NCBI GenBank assembly: GCA_038046805.1
Contig: JBBSVO010000006.1
Location: forward strand, 196,452-260,451
Direction of reading: 5' to 3'
From: Candidatus Micrarchaeota archaeon
Lineage (GTDB): Archaea; Micrarchaeota; Micrarchaeia; Anstonellales; Bilamarchaeaceae
Length of the DNA: 64,000 nt
Shown here in pieces: positions 17,983 through 27,028 of the stretch. The position numbers were made by a program, and so were the translations under genes. How positions within the stretch are numbered: the stretch's first letter is position 1; each line of letters starts with the position of its first letter. The notes under the pieces are model-generated. The model was not told the origin of the DNA and ran no database searches. It was given only the letters and a program-made list of their open reading frames with translations.

Positions 17983-19296
17983 ATGAGCTATAAGTACGAA
18001 TTTTCAGAGGGCGAACTGAAGCCACTTGTTGATATTCAGACAATGCTTGAGGATGACGATCCGTTGCAGCAGTTCTCTAAATTCATGGAAAAAGTAGAAC
18101 CGCCAGCCAAAGAAGCGAAGAAAGACATTTCGGTTGCTATCGCAGAAGTACAGGATGATGTTGCATCACACTCTGATTCGTCATTAACAAGCATGCAGGG
18201 AGCGACCGAAAGAGAGGACGTTCAATCCTCCCACTACGTCATCACGTTCTTCAATCCAGAAACAGGAAAGGCAGAGGTTCTCGGTGTTTCCTCGGAAATC
18301 CGGGTTAAGGATTATGCAAAGAAAGTGATAGAAGAATCTCTAGGCCAGCAATCAACATTGCCATTATATACGTTTATAGCAACTCCCATCATTCGCAAGG
18401 AAGTCAATCCATATCTTCTTGAAGACCTCATTAACAATATGGAATATGGTACCCCGCCCCCATTTGGCGGTTCGGTAAAAATTTCAACCGAAAAATCTGC
18501 CGCAATATTGCGTGAAAAAGCAGCTTCGGTAAAACAGAGCGAAATCGTGGCGGTATCCAGGCTGGAACAAAGACAAAAAAATAAACGCGCAGATGAAATT
18601 CAAGAGCCCGTCATTGTGGCGACATCCGAAGTCAAGAAAGAAAAACCCTCCAATTTGAGTGCGGAACACTATAACAAAGCGCTTCGCGCGGATCAACACG
18701 ACAAAGCGCTTCGCGCGAAACACAACGAACCAGAACAATTCGGGACAAAGCAGTTAATCGAACCTGTTCCGATAGATATCGAGCATGTTCCAATAAACGC
18801 AGGTCGTTCTATCAAATCATCTGCTCATAGTTCTGAAATAGTTTCAGCTACTCAAAATACAAAACTAGTCAAAGCATCCGAGCAATTACCGCATTCTGTT
18901 TCCGTTTCTCAGAAAAAGGAAAAAACATATGTGCCTGCCATTAAGTCCGAAGTCGTGCTTGAACCTTCTGTTAAACATGCAATAGAAGAAAGCATTGTCA
19001 GGAAAGAACGTGCAGAGACGGATATTGGTCAAGAAATTGTTTCAATCGAGCGGGTTGTGGTGTCAATTCGCGATAGGCATATCCCGCTGGAAAAGGCAAT
19101 CCTTGCCCTCCCCCCAATAACCAGGGCACGCTTCAGTGCAGTTGTAAAAAAGAAGCACCTTCCTGCATCAATGATTCTCTCTCTTTTGGAAAAGGACATC
19201 TCTTTCCTAAAATCAGTCAAAAAGAAGCTTGCAACGCTTTCGTTTGATGACCTGCTTTCCGTGGTTCGCGCAGTTAAATCTCTTTCTGCGAAATAG
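17983..19296 (+). CDS. Hypothetical protein with a low-complexity central region
   Basis: Long ORF with internal KALRA repeat. Start uncertain (17959 or 17983). Confidence 0.6.
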   Translation: MSYKYEFSEGELKPLVDIQTMLEDDDPLQQFSKFMEKVEPPAKEAKKDISVAIAEVQDDVASHSDSSLTSMQGATEREDVQSSHYVITFFNPETGKAEVLGVSSEIRVKDYAKKVIEESLGQQSTLPLYTFIATPIIRKEVNPYLLEDLINNMEYGTPPPFGGSVKISTEKSAAILREKAASVKQSEIVAVSRLEQRQKNKRADEIQEPVIVATSEVKKEKPSNLSAEHYNKALRADQHDKALRAKHNEPEQFGTKQLIEPVPIDIEHVPINAGRSIKSSAHSSEIVSATQNTKLVKASEQLPHSVSVSQKKEKTYVPAIKSEVVLEPSVKHAIEESIVRKERAETDIGQEIVSIERVVVSIRDRHIPLEKAILALPPITRARFSAVVKKKHLPASMILSLLEKDISFLKSVKKKLATLSFDDLLSVVRAVKSLSAK

Positions 19297-19349
19297 CCAT
19301 GAGCCTTGGGCCATGAGCCTCGGATGTATTTTGAATAAAAATAAAAAAA

Positions 19350-19580
19350 AGCCTCAAGAGAGATTTGAACTCCCGACCTCCTCCTTTCTACACCCAATCT
19401 CCCCGTAAGAGGGGGTTTGGGCGGCATGAAAGGCACTAAGGGGGACGCTTCCCCCTTTGGGCCTTCTACAAGAGAGGCGCTCTACATCCAGAAGTCTTGC
19501 GTTTCGTATTCCGTGTTTTGAGCCGGATAAGACTCAGGACAATAGGACAAAACCCAAAACTTTCACTGAGCTATTGAGGC
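19350..19580 (-). tRNA. tRNA-Thr(UGU) with two introns (D-loop 19486-19563; anticodon loop about 19386-19466)
   Basis: Exons join to GCCTCAATAGCTCAGTG|GTAGAGCGCCTCTCTTGTA|AGGAGGAGGTCGGGAGTTCAAATCTCTCTTGAGGCT, a full cloverleaf. BHB-like pairing at the D-loop junction. Confidence 0.9.
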
Positions 19581-19665
19581 TATGTATGATTTTTTGTGCC
19601 ACGTATGTATTTAAAGGATTTCCATATATAGTTTTTTCACTAACTTGTTGTTTAGGTGAATCTTT

Positions 19666-19818
19666 ATGGGTAAATTTCCAGAAGCTGATGCTGAAATATC
19701 AAAAATAATGATCTGTAGAAAATGTAAGTCAAGGAATCCAAAAGGGCTTAAAAAATGCAGAAAATGCGGCTCCCAATACCTTAGACCAAAGAAGAAGGAA
19801 ATAAGGGCAAAGAAGTAA
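19666..19818 (+). CDS. rpl40e: 50S ribosomal protein L40e
   Basis: Not in the ORF track. MGKFPEADAEISKIMICRKCKSRNPKGLKKCRKCGSQYLRPKKKEIRAKK, with an AGGTGA SD. Confidence 0.95.
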   Translation: MGKFPEADAEISKIMICRKCKSRNPKGLKKCRKCGSQYLRPKKKEIRAKK

Positions 19819-19847
19819 CGGTCATGTGCCGTTAATCTGGTGAAAAT

Positions 19848-20132
19848 ATGAACATTGGAGATCTTAAGGCAGGTTCAAAGGAAGTTTCGATAGACGCAGA
19901 AGTTGTTAGCATAGATTCTGTACGGGAAATCAACAAATACGGAAGAACCCTTCGTGTTGCGAATGCAAAAATCGAAGACAAGAGCGGTTCAATAACGTTG
20001 GTTTTGTGGAATGACGACATAGACAAGGTCAAGGAAGGTTCGAAGATAAAAATCGAAAATGGCTATGTTAACGAATGGCAGAACAACCTGCAGCTAACAA
20101 GGGGAAAATTCGGAACGCTTACTGTTTCATAA
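19848..20132 (+). CDS. ssb: Single OB-fold single-stranded DNA-binding protein
   Basis: MNIGDLK...VANAKIEDKSGSITLVLWND...ENGYVNEWQ..LQL..GKFG. Confidence 0.85.
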   Translation: MNIGDLKAGSKEVSIDAEVVSIDSVREINKYGRTLRVANAKIEDKSGSITLVLWNDDIDKVKEGSKIKIENGYVNEWQNNLQLTRGKFGTLTVS

Positions 20133-20145
20133 TCCCTCGAGTTCA

Positions 20146-20526
20146 TTAGCCTATCTTTATTTTTCCGCCATAGTTTTCTATTTTTATTTTTTTGTTTCCG
20201 CTTCCCTCAATCCTGCACGTAGTGTTTTTATGAATCGTTTTCGTTTCACTACCAGGATTAGAAACCATAAATCCGCTTTCGGTTCCGCTTACTGAATTTT
20301 CTCCGGAGATTTCAATTCCACGCGAGTTTCCACTCCCAAGTGCGCAAACCGCTTCTATTTCTATGAATAACTTTTCCGCGTTTGACTCCAGCTCTATCTG
20401 TTTTTTCTGTTCTTCCGCGTAATTCCTAATCCCGCTTAATGCAGCTATGGAAAAGGTTAGTGCTGCCAACATAATAAGCGCCAAAAATAGATACTCAATC
20501 GAAACTTGGCCACGGGACATAATCAT
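20146..20526 (-). CDS. Class III signal peptide (type IV pilin-like) protein
   Basis: RGQVSIEY followed by a hydrophobic helix. Confidence 0.8.
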   Translation of the reverse strand: MIMSRGQVSIEYLFLALIMLAALTFSIAALSGIRNYAEEQKKQIELESNAEKLFIEIEAVCALGSGNSRGIEISGENSVSGTESGFMVSNPGSETKTIHKNTTCRIEGSGNKKIKIENYGGKIKIG

Positions 20527-20585
20527 ACCTTGTCTCTAGCTTTTGGGTAGTGGCTAGGGGTTAGTACCTGAAAGCCAGTAGCCAA

Positions 20586-20849
20586 TCATGTGCATGATTT
20601 TTCCTGGGTATTGCAGTTATTGGACTGGCAATCTATGTCATCCACGCAAAAATCTCCACTTTTTCCTTTTACTGCCTGTTCTGTCTTTTCTAAAATAGAT
20701 GCACTCTGAACCCCTATTTTTTCGCTGGTTTTTTGCGCAGTGCCTATTAGCTGGGTTGCCACAATTGCTACTATTGCCAGTATGACTGCAATCAGAATCA
20801 GCATTTCTGCGGATAATTGCCCCTTTACAACATTTGTGGTGTTATCCAT
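20586..20849 (-). CDS. Small class III signal peptide pilin-like protein with Cys-rich tip
   Basis: KGQLSAEM plus hydrophobic helix. C-terminal CVDDIDCQSNNC...C. Confidence 0.8.
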   Translation of the reverse strand: MDNTTNVVKGQLSAEMLILIAVILAIVAIVATQLIGTAQKTSEKIGVQSASILEKTEQAVKGKSGDFCVDDIDCQSNNCNTQEKSCT

Positions 20850-21287
20850 CTACACAACCCTTAAGATTAGTCTTTTCTTCACGTAATTGAGTACCTTTTC
20901 GTAATTGATATAATGCGAATATGCGGTTAATTCCATAGGGTAATTCCCATCTCTTGTCTGGTTGCTTCCCCAGATAGGGATAACCAATTCTACGGAAACC
21001 CCTGCCTTTATTTCTCCAAGTCTTTTTTCCATATGCTTGTTTATGCAGGTTGGTTCAAATCCAATCATTTCCTTTTTTGGAAGTAGGATATCTACAGATA
21101 CCAGTTGCAGTTCATTCGTAGTATTCGTCAATTTGACGATCATCCTCACCATGTTATCCTTTCTTGCAGACAATCTTACTGGAACAAAAGAAGTAACTAC
21201 GTTGAATGGGGCATTGGATTGTTGTACCTCTGTCCGAACTTCTTTGCGTTCACTAGAACTTCCCATCAATGAATCTAAAAATCCCAT
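20850..21287 (-). CDS. Hypothetical beta-rich (Ig-like?) protein
   Basis: Start MGFLD after an AGGTGA SD. Abuts the pilin gene. Confidence 0.65.
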   Translation of the reverse strand: MGFLDSLMGSSSERKEVRTEVQQSNAPFNVVTSFVPVRLSARKDNMVRMIVKLTNTTNELQLVSVDILLPKKEMIGFEPTCINKHMEKRLGEIKAGVSVELVIPIWGSNQTRDGNYPMELTAYSHYINYEKVLNYVKKRLILRVV

Positions 21288-21478
21288 TTTGTCACCTTTT
21301 ACATCTATTATAATTCGTTGCCTTTTCTGACGTATATGCAAATGGACAGAAACCTTTAAATATAGTTAGTAATAAAGGAAATTTGCTAATAAGAAAGACA
21401 TTCATTTCACGCTCTTTCTTTGTATGGGAGGATAACTGGTCGCCTTGCCAGCGCATAATTGCGCTGGCCTCTTTCTAT

Positions 21479-21735
21479 TTGAAGCTTTTTGGATAAGGAG
21501 TTATAAGGGCAAAAACCTTCAGGAAAAACCATGGAGGTTTACGGAATCCTCCCATGCAGGGATTTTAAAAAACAATTGAGCCTTTTTGGCTTAGGGGTTA
21601 TCAGGGCAAAAACACGTCCGGTTGAACGGCGATCCGTTCAATGGACCATTGAAACCACCTTGTTTCAATAGGTCGCGAAAAACCATGGAGAAGCCAATAG
21701 TTTCGGCGCAATACTCCCATGCAAAGGATGTTAAA
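21479..21735. repeat. Two tandem diverged copies of a non-coding structured motif
   Basis: Shared blocks CTTTTTGG, GTTAT-(C)-AGGGCAAAAAC, GAAAAACCATGGAG and CTCCCATGCA, with variable inserts between them. Confidence 0.7.
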
Positions 21736-21787
21736 CTTCTTCTTGCAGTCCACATGTTTTTAACAATAGCGGAACAAATTTTCAATT

Positions 21788-22900
21788 ATGTCCGAAGCAC
21801 CATTAGTTGAAATAGACGCGTCAAAGGGAGAAGGCGGTTTGTTTGAACGACGAATCGTCCAAAGCCCGCCTTCCCAAAAAGGCAATTGCATGGTTGAAAT
21901 AGACGCGTCAAAGGGAGAAGGCGGCGGTCAGATTATCCGAACTGCCCTTTCACTCTCAGCAATTACCAAAATTCCGGTTCGTATTTTCAATATTCGTGCT
22001 AAAAGACCTAATCCTGGCCTTCAGGCACAGCATCTTATGGCTTGCAAATCCGTTCGCAATATTTGTCGCGGAACTCTTGAACATGCGGAATTAAATAGCA
22101 GCGAACTTGTTTTTCATCCAGGGGAAATCGTCGGGGGCAATTATGAATTTGATATAGGGACTGCGGGTTCTGTTGTTCTTGTTGCCCAGACTTTGATTCC
22201 TATTCTTCTATTTGCAAACAAGAAAAGCACCGTTCGGATAAAGGGCGGTACTCATGTCATGAAATCTCCAAGTTATGATTATTTCGCAGAGGTCTTTGTT
22301 CCTGCTCTTCGGAAATTTGGAATCGCTATTAAAACCCGTGTCTTGAAAATCGGTTTTTATCCTGTTGGCGGAGGAGAAATAGAATTTGAAATAGAACCGA
22401 ACCTTCCGCATGGTGTGGTGAATTGGGCAACTCCTGATAATTCTGAAGGAAAAAGAGTATTGATCCGCACTTCCTCGTCTTTGCCCGAACTCATCTCTAT
22501 TCGCGAAAAGAAAATTTTTGTCCAGAATAATCTCGAAAATGTGCGGGTATTCTCCGACCAAACTGCTTCACAAGGAAACGCCATCTTGTTCTGGGAAGGT
22601 TTCTGCGGAGCATATTCTCTTGGAGAAAGGGGAAAACGTGCAGAAGTGGTTGCTCAGGAAGCTCTTGATGAATTCAGAAAAGAAGAATCTGCGCAAGCCG
22701 ACGTAGATAAGCATCTTGCAGACCAGCTTCTTCTCTACGCGGCCCTTGCTGACGCTTCTGGCGAAAAGGCGGAGACGCGGTTCAAAACATCTGAAATAAC
22801 GGAACATCTGCGTACGAATGCAGAAATAATAAAAAAATTCAATAATAAAAAAATAGAAATAAATGAAGAGAAAAAAGAGGTTTTTGTTGGATCACTATAG
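21788..22900 (+). CDS. rtcA: RNA 3'-terminal phosphate cyclase
   Basis: IDASKGEGGGQIIRTALSLS, RPNPGLQAQH, GTAGS, GGTHV, VDKHLADQL, TEHLRTN. N-terminus duplicated; alternative start at 21890. Confidence 0.95.
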   Translation: MSEAPLVEIDASKGEGGLFERRIVQSPPSQKGNCMVEIDASKGEGGGQIIRTALSLSAITKIPVRIFNIRAKRPNPGLQAQHLMACKSVRNICRGTLEHAELNSSELVFHPGEIVGGNYEFDIGTAGSVVLVAQTLIPILLFANKKSTVRIKGGTHVMKSPSYDYFAEVFVPALRKFGIAIKTRVLKIGFYPVGGGEIEFEIEPNLPHGVVNWATPDNSEGKRVLIRTSSSLPELISIREKKIFVQNNLENVRVFSDQTASQGNAILFWEGFCGAYSLGERGKRAEVVAQEALDEFRKEESAQADVDKHLADQLLLYAALADASGEKAETRFKTSEITEHLRTNAEIIKKFNNKKIEINEEKKEVFVGSL

Positions 22901-24151
22901 TTATTTGGTCGTCTCTGCTTTATTTAGTATTTCCTCCATATTTTTCTTGTCATCCTCGCTTATGTTCTGCCCGGTGGTGTTCTCCTTTGTAGGATTTTCG
23001 AACGGTTCATCACTTTGTTTTATCGTAGTCTTGTTTGTGGTGGCAAACTCCTCGCACATCGCAACCTTGGTGGAGTTCATTATACTGCTGCATATACTGG
23101 CGTTTTTCATTGTTCCGCCAAGTTCAATGTAACAATCGTCTTTTATGCCAGATTCGGTTACGAGTTTGCATATTCCAGTGTCTTTAGCCATTATTGCTAA
23201 ATTGAGAATGCAGATATTCTTTCTTCCACCGGCAAATTCGCACAGTTCAAGGTTTTCTTTGTCCAATGCCATAGAATAAACGCATTTATCATGTTCTATT
23301 CCCTCTTTTTCAAGGCATGCTATAAACGCATTCTGGTCATCGCTTGCAGCCTGAAGCAGGGTGACGGCCTTTCCGGCAGTCAGGTTCTCCGGAACTATTA
23401 TCTCCTTATCATATTTCCAATCGGATGAAACAAGATTCCATTTACTCGTGCGATCCTTTCCAAGATAATTATATGCGAATTCCTTAGAGATAATTTCGTT
23501 CTTTTCTTCGTTATAACATAGTTTACTTTCGTATCTCTTTGGATCTCCCTGTCTTACATTAAGGCTCATCGCCTCGCTTAAAGTAAGGTTTGAATAGTCT
23601 ATAACAAAGTTTACTTCCGAGCATTTTTCTCCTTTTTCCGTGGTTTCAATAACCTCCTCAAACGTAATGGTGTTTTTTCCCTTCAGGAATTCAAATGTTT
23701 CCTTTGCAGAATCTATCTTTTCGTTGCTGAAAAATTGCCCTCCAATCACCTTTAAGTATTTCGAGAGGGCTGCACTGGTGTTTTTTACAGAACTGCAGGC
23801 ATATTCATCTTCATATTCTACACACATTACCGTGTCGTTTTCCGCAAAATAAATATTTCTTTCAGATATTGGAGTTTCTATAGTTACCTGGCGCACTGCT
23901 CCGTTCTTGCGAAGTGTTGTCCTCATGACATATTCATCAAGCGTTTCGTCATAGGCATATTCGTAATCTGTTGCGCCCTGGCCAACAAGAAGGCTTTTTT
24001 CATATATTTCAAGCGCATTGCCTGTGCTATCTTCTCCTTCACCACCGTGTTTTTGAAGGTTCGGAAGTGCATACATATAAACCGCATAACCTGCGGCAAG
24101 GAAAACGATAATCCCTAAAACCACCAGCAAAATATTTTTTACATCTGTCAT
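22901..24151 (-). CDS. Membrane-anchored extracellular protein with C-terminal Cys repeats
   Basis: N-terminal TM helix after MTDVKN, and repeated C-x(6-9)-C motifs (KDTGICKLV..KDDCY). Confidence 0.7.
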   Translation of the reverse strand: MTDVKNILLVVLGIIVFLAAGYAVYMYALPNLQKHGGEGEDSTGNALEIYEKSLLVGQGATDYEYAYDETLDEYVMRTTLRKNGAVRQVTIETPISERNIYFAENDTVMCVEYEDEYACSSVKNTSAALSKYLKVIGGQFFSNEKIDSAKETFEFLKGKNTITFEEVIETTEKGEKCSEVNFVIDYSNLTLSEAMSLNVRQGDPKRYESKLCYNEEKNEIISKEFAYNYLGKDRTSKWNLVSSDWKYDKEIIVPENLTAGKAVTLLQAASDDQNAFIACLEKEGIEHDKCVYSMALDKENLELCEFAGGRKNICILNLAIMAKDTGICKLVTESGIKDDCYIELGGTMKNASICSSIMNSTKVAMCEEFATTNKTTIKQSDEPFENPTKENTTGQNISEDDKKNMEEILNKAETTK

Positions 24152-24207
24152 AAGATAACCTCTGAACATTGGCTTTTTATATTTCTCATCTGTGCTTAAA
24201 AAGTTAT

Positions 24208-24609
24208 TGCAGGGGACAGGATTTTCAATTACCACGGGAGTATCACGCCTACGTTTTTCTTTTGGCGTGTCAGGAACGACCGACAAAACGACGCTTCGTT
24301 TTGTGGTCCATAAAACGTTACGACGTTTTATCGGACGCATCGTTCCTGAGCATGTTCAAGAACGAAATGTCGTTCTTGACATGAAACCCTCAGACCTTTT
24401 CTTTTTTAAAAGAAAAGGGGTATGGGTTTGAACCTGTGAAGACGCTAGGTCATCAGATTTCCTATCCCGCATTCGGGAAAAGAACAAACGAGATCTTGAG
24501 TCTGACGCGTTTGACCGTTGCGAAACCAGTTTCCAGTTGCCTGTTTCCAGTTCCCAAAACGCGAAACTGAAAACCCTAGACAGAAAACTGACTTCTCCGC
24601 CACCCCTGC
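24208..24609 (-). tRNA. tRNA-Leu(CAA) with three introns (24518-24594, 24459-24494, about 24222-24426)
   Basis: Four exons join to GCAGGGGTGGCGGAG|CGGTCAAACGCGTCAGACTCAAG|ATCTGATGACCTAGCGTCTTCACAGGTTCAAA|TCCTGTCCCCTGCA, an 84-nt cloverleaf with variable arm. Confidence 0.88.
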
Positions 24610-24669
24610 GCATTATATTTGCTTTTTGCCGCACCACATTTTAAAACCTTGTTAGTCTATCATCTACTC

Positions 24670-25863
24670 ATGGCAGAGCCACTATGGTTCATTGAATACC
24701 CAGTATCATTCATCTCAATTTTCGTAGCCGTATTTTTCACACTGATTTATCTGAAGAATTTCAATAGGATGGAACACAAGTCAAAGCAGGCGCATGGCTG
24801 GGAACCAAAAATAACAATTCTCATTCCTGCTTACAATGAGGAGAATTCTATAGCTGCATGTTTAGATTCAGTTCTGGCATCAGATTATCCTCGGGAAAAG
24901 ATGGAAATACTTGTTCTGGATGACGGTTCTACTGATAAGACTGCAGAGATTGCCAAGCGTTATTCAACACATGGGGTAATCGTCTGCTCAAAAGAAAACA
25001 CTGGAAAAGCAGACTCTCTTAATTTCGGAATAAAAAAATCAACAGGAGAAATAATTGCAACGCTTGATGCGGATTCGTTTATAAGTCCATATTCCATACG
25101 CAGAATGCTTCCATTGTTTGAAGATGAGACTGTTGGAGCGGTTGCTTCTGCAGTTAAAGTGAAAAAAGCAAAAAACCTATTGGAGGAGATCCAGCGCATA
25201 GAATATCTTTTTGCATTATTTTCCCGCAAGGTTGTCAGCTTTATCGAATCCGTGCAGGTAACCCCCGGACCGTTTTCCATGTTCCGCAGATGGATTTTTG
25301 ACAAGGTCGGCGATTTTGATACAAAGAGCCTTGTTGAAGATCAGGAAATAGCACTGAGAATCCAATCTCATCATTACAAAATACGCTGCTCTCTCGATGC
25401 CGACGTTTTCACCGAAATCCCACGCACGTTCCTTGACTTGATGAAACAGCGCACCAGATGGCAACGCGGAGGGTTCTGGAACTCATTAAAATATCTTAAA
25501 ATGATTAATCCAAAATACGGGGATCTGGGAATGATTATTCTTCCGTTCGGTGTGTTTGGATATCTGATGCTTGTCATCTTCCTTGTGCTTGCGGTGTACT
25601 ATATGTTTTATGGTTCTCCCTATCAGGAAGCGCTTAGCTATGATTCCTATCTGCTGGCATTCCGCGAGCTTCATGTTTTCGGAATTCTTATGATAGGCCT
25701 TGCGTTCCTGTGGCTGTTCTATGGGATGGGGAGGCTTTTCCGCGAGCAGGAGCTGCATCCAGTGTCAATCTTTTTATATATCATACTATATCCTATGTTG
25801 ATAACGTTATTTTGGTTCTCCGCAGCGTATAAAGAGCTGCGCGGAGAGGGTTTCTCGTGGTAG
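24670..25863 (+). CDS. GT2 processive glycosyltransferase (cellulose synthase/PgaC-like)
   Basis: IPAYNEE, DDGSTD, GKA, DAD, ED and QRTRW motifs, plus TM helices. Confidence 0.9.
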   Translation: MAEPLWFIEYPVSFISIFVAVFFTLIYLKNFNRMEHKSKQAHGWEPKITILIPAYNEENSIAACLDSVLASDYPREKMEILVLDDGSTDKTAEIAKRYSTHGVIVCSKENTGKADSLNFGIKKSTGEIIATLDADSFISPYSIRRMLPLFEDETVGAVASAVKVKKAKNLLEEIQRIEYLFALFSRKVVSFIESVQVTPGPFSMFRRWIFDKVGDFDTKSLVEDQEIALRIQSHHYKIRCSLDADVFTEIPRTFLDLMKQRTRWQRGGFWNSLKYLKMINPKYGDLGMIILPFGVFGYLMLVIFLVLAVYYMFYGSPYQEALSYDSYLLAFRELHVFGILMIGLAFLWLFYGMGRLFREQELHPVSIFLYIILYPMLITLFWFSAAYKELRGEGFSW

Positions 25864-25888
25864 GTGTTGAAGTCGTAAAGGTGAATCC

Positions 25889-26953
25889 ATGGAAGACGAT
25901 GCAAAACTGGAAAGAAAATCTCCGAATATTTCTCTCTATGTAATAGCGTTGGCTATTACGATCCTGATCTTCTTCACTGGAATCTATCTTGGTAGGGTTG
26001 TTGATAATTCGGTTCAACAGGGTATTGGCACCGATGTCGCATCACTTATTGAGCGAACAAATTCAATGGAGCTTTTGTTCCTTTTGGATAATTCTTCTGA
26101 TTTTTGCCCGGTATTCAAAGATGAATTATTGAAGATAGATTCGGATACAGAAAAACTCGGATACAAACTTGCGTATATCGAAGATATAAAAGGTGCTGGT
26201 GCGTCTGACCCAGACCTAAAGAAAAAATATTTCGTTCTTGAAACCGAGGCCTACCTTCTTTCCAAGAGAATCGCGGAAAGTTGCGGGTCGAGTTACGCTA
26301 ATTTCGACCTTGCGCTTTATTTCTATTCTAACAAAAAGGGCGCCTGTTTTGATTGTGATGCACAGGGAAAGGCCATTCTTGATGCGAAAAAAGAGCTTAA
26401 CCGACCATTTAAGGTTTATTCTTTTGACGGGGATCTCGGAAGCACGGTTGCGGATGCGCTGAAAACAAGACATGGTGTGACGGTCTATCCTTCACTTGTA
26501 GTCAACGGGGTTCTTTATGAGGGTTTTGTTTCAAAGGAGGAATTGCTCGGACTTCTTTCCAAAAATGCAAAAGGTGATGAAGAAATGAAACTTACAGGGG
26601 AAAAACTTTTTGCACCGTTTGGCGGGCAAACCTGCGTTTATTGGGAGAATTATGTCATAGAAGAAGGTCGCGTTTCTCAAAGTAAAAATCCATTCTATGC
26701 GGTAATTGACGGAAAGAAAATCGAGCTCGGTCTTCCACCCGCGCGCATTTTTATGAAACCGACATCTGAAAACGAAACTGTAAAAGAGTGGTGCCTCAGT
26801 CCGGATGCGGTTTATCTTGTGGAAAAGGTAACTGAAACTGCGTCTCTTCCGGATTGGGACGAAGAAAAGACTGCGTATTACATTTCTGACGCAAAATACT
26901 CTTCAGAAGAAAGGAAAAAATATTCGACGCCTGCGAGCAAATGGACATACTAA
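25889..26953 (+). CDS. Membrane-anchored thioredoxin-like protein with extra C-terminal domain
   Basis: N-terminal TM helix; YFYS...CFDC...YPSLVVNG thioredoxin-fold pattern. Confidence 0.6.
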   Translation: MEDDAKLERKSPNISLYVIALAITILIFFTGIYLGRVVDNSVQQGIGTDVASLIERTNSMELLFLLDNSSDFCPVFKDELLKIDSDTEKLGYKLAYIEDIKGAGASDPDLKKKYFVLETEAYLLSKRIAESCGSSYANFDLALYFYSNKKGACFDCDAQGKAILDAKKELNRPFKVYSFDGDLGSTVADALKTRHGVTVYPSLVVNGVLYEGFVSKEELLGLLSKNAKGDEEMKLTGEKLFAPFGGQTCVYWENYVIEEGRVSQSKNPFYAVIDGKKIELGLPPARIFMKPTSENETVKEWCLSPDAVYLVEKVTETASLPDWDEEKTAYYISDAKYSSEERKKYSTPASKWTY

Positions 26954-27028
26954 TATTTTGTCAGAATCGAAGCTTGTCAATGGAAATGTTTAAATATCCG
27001 CTATTCGTTATGTCCTTGGTGATATCGA

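Noticed and set aside
19029..19708. ORFs 19029..19436 and 19457..19708
   Set aside because: Shadow frames over tRNA-Thr and rpl40e.
21500..21620. c-di-GMP-I riboswitch (CAGGGCAAA-like start)
   Set aside because: The downstream GACGCAAAGC and second-stem consensus are absent.
24152..24340. 63-aa N-terminal extension of ORF 22901..24340
   Set aside because: Overlaps the tRNA-Leu 3' exon and intron. The TM-anchored protein plausibly starts at ATG 24151.
24169..24637. Short ORFs 24169..24384, 24192..24431 and 24356..24637
   Set aside because: They overlap the tRNA-Leu gene, and no intron-encoded endonuclease motif is seen.
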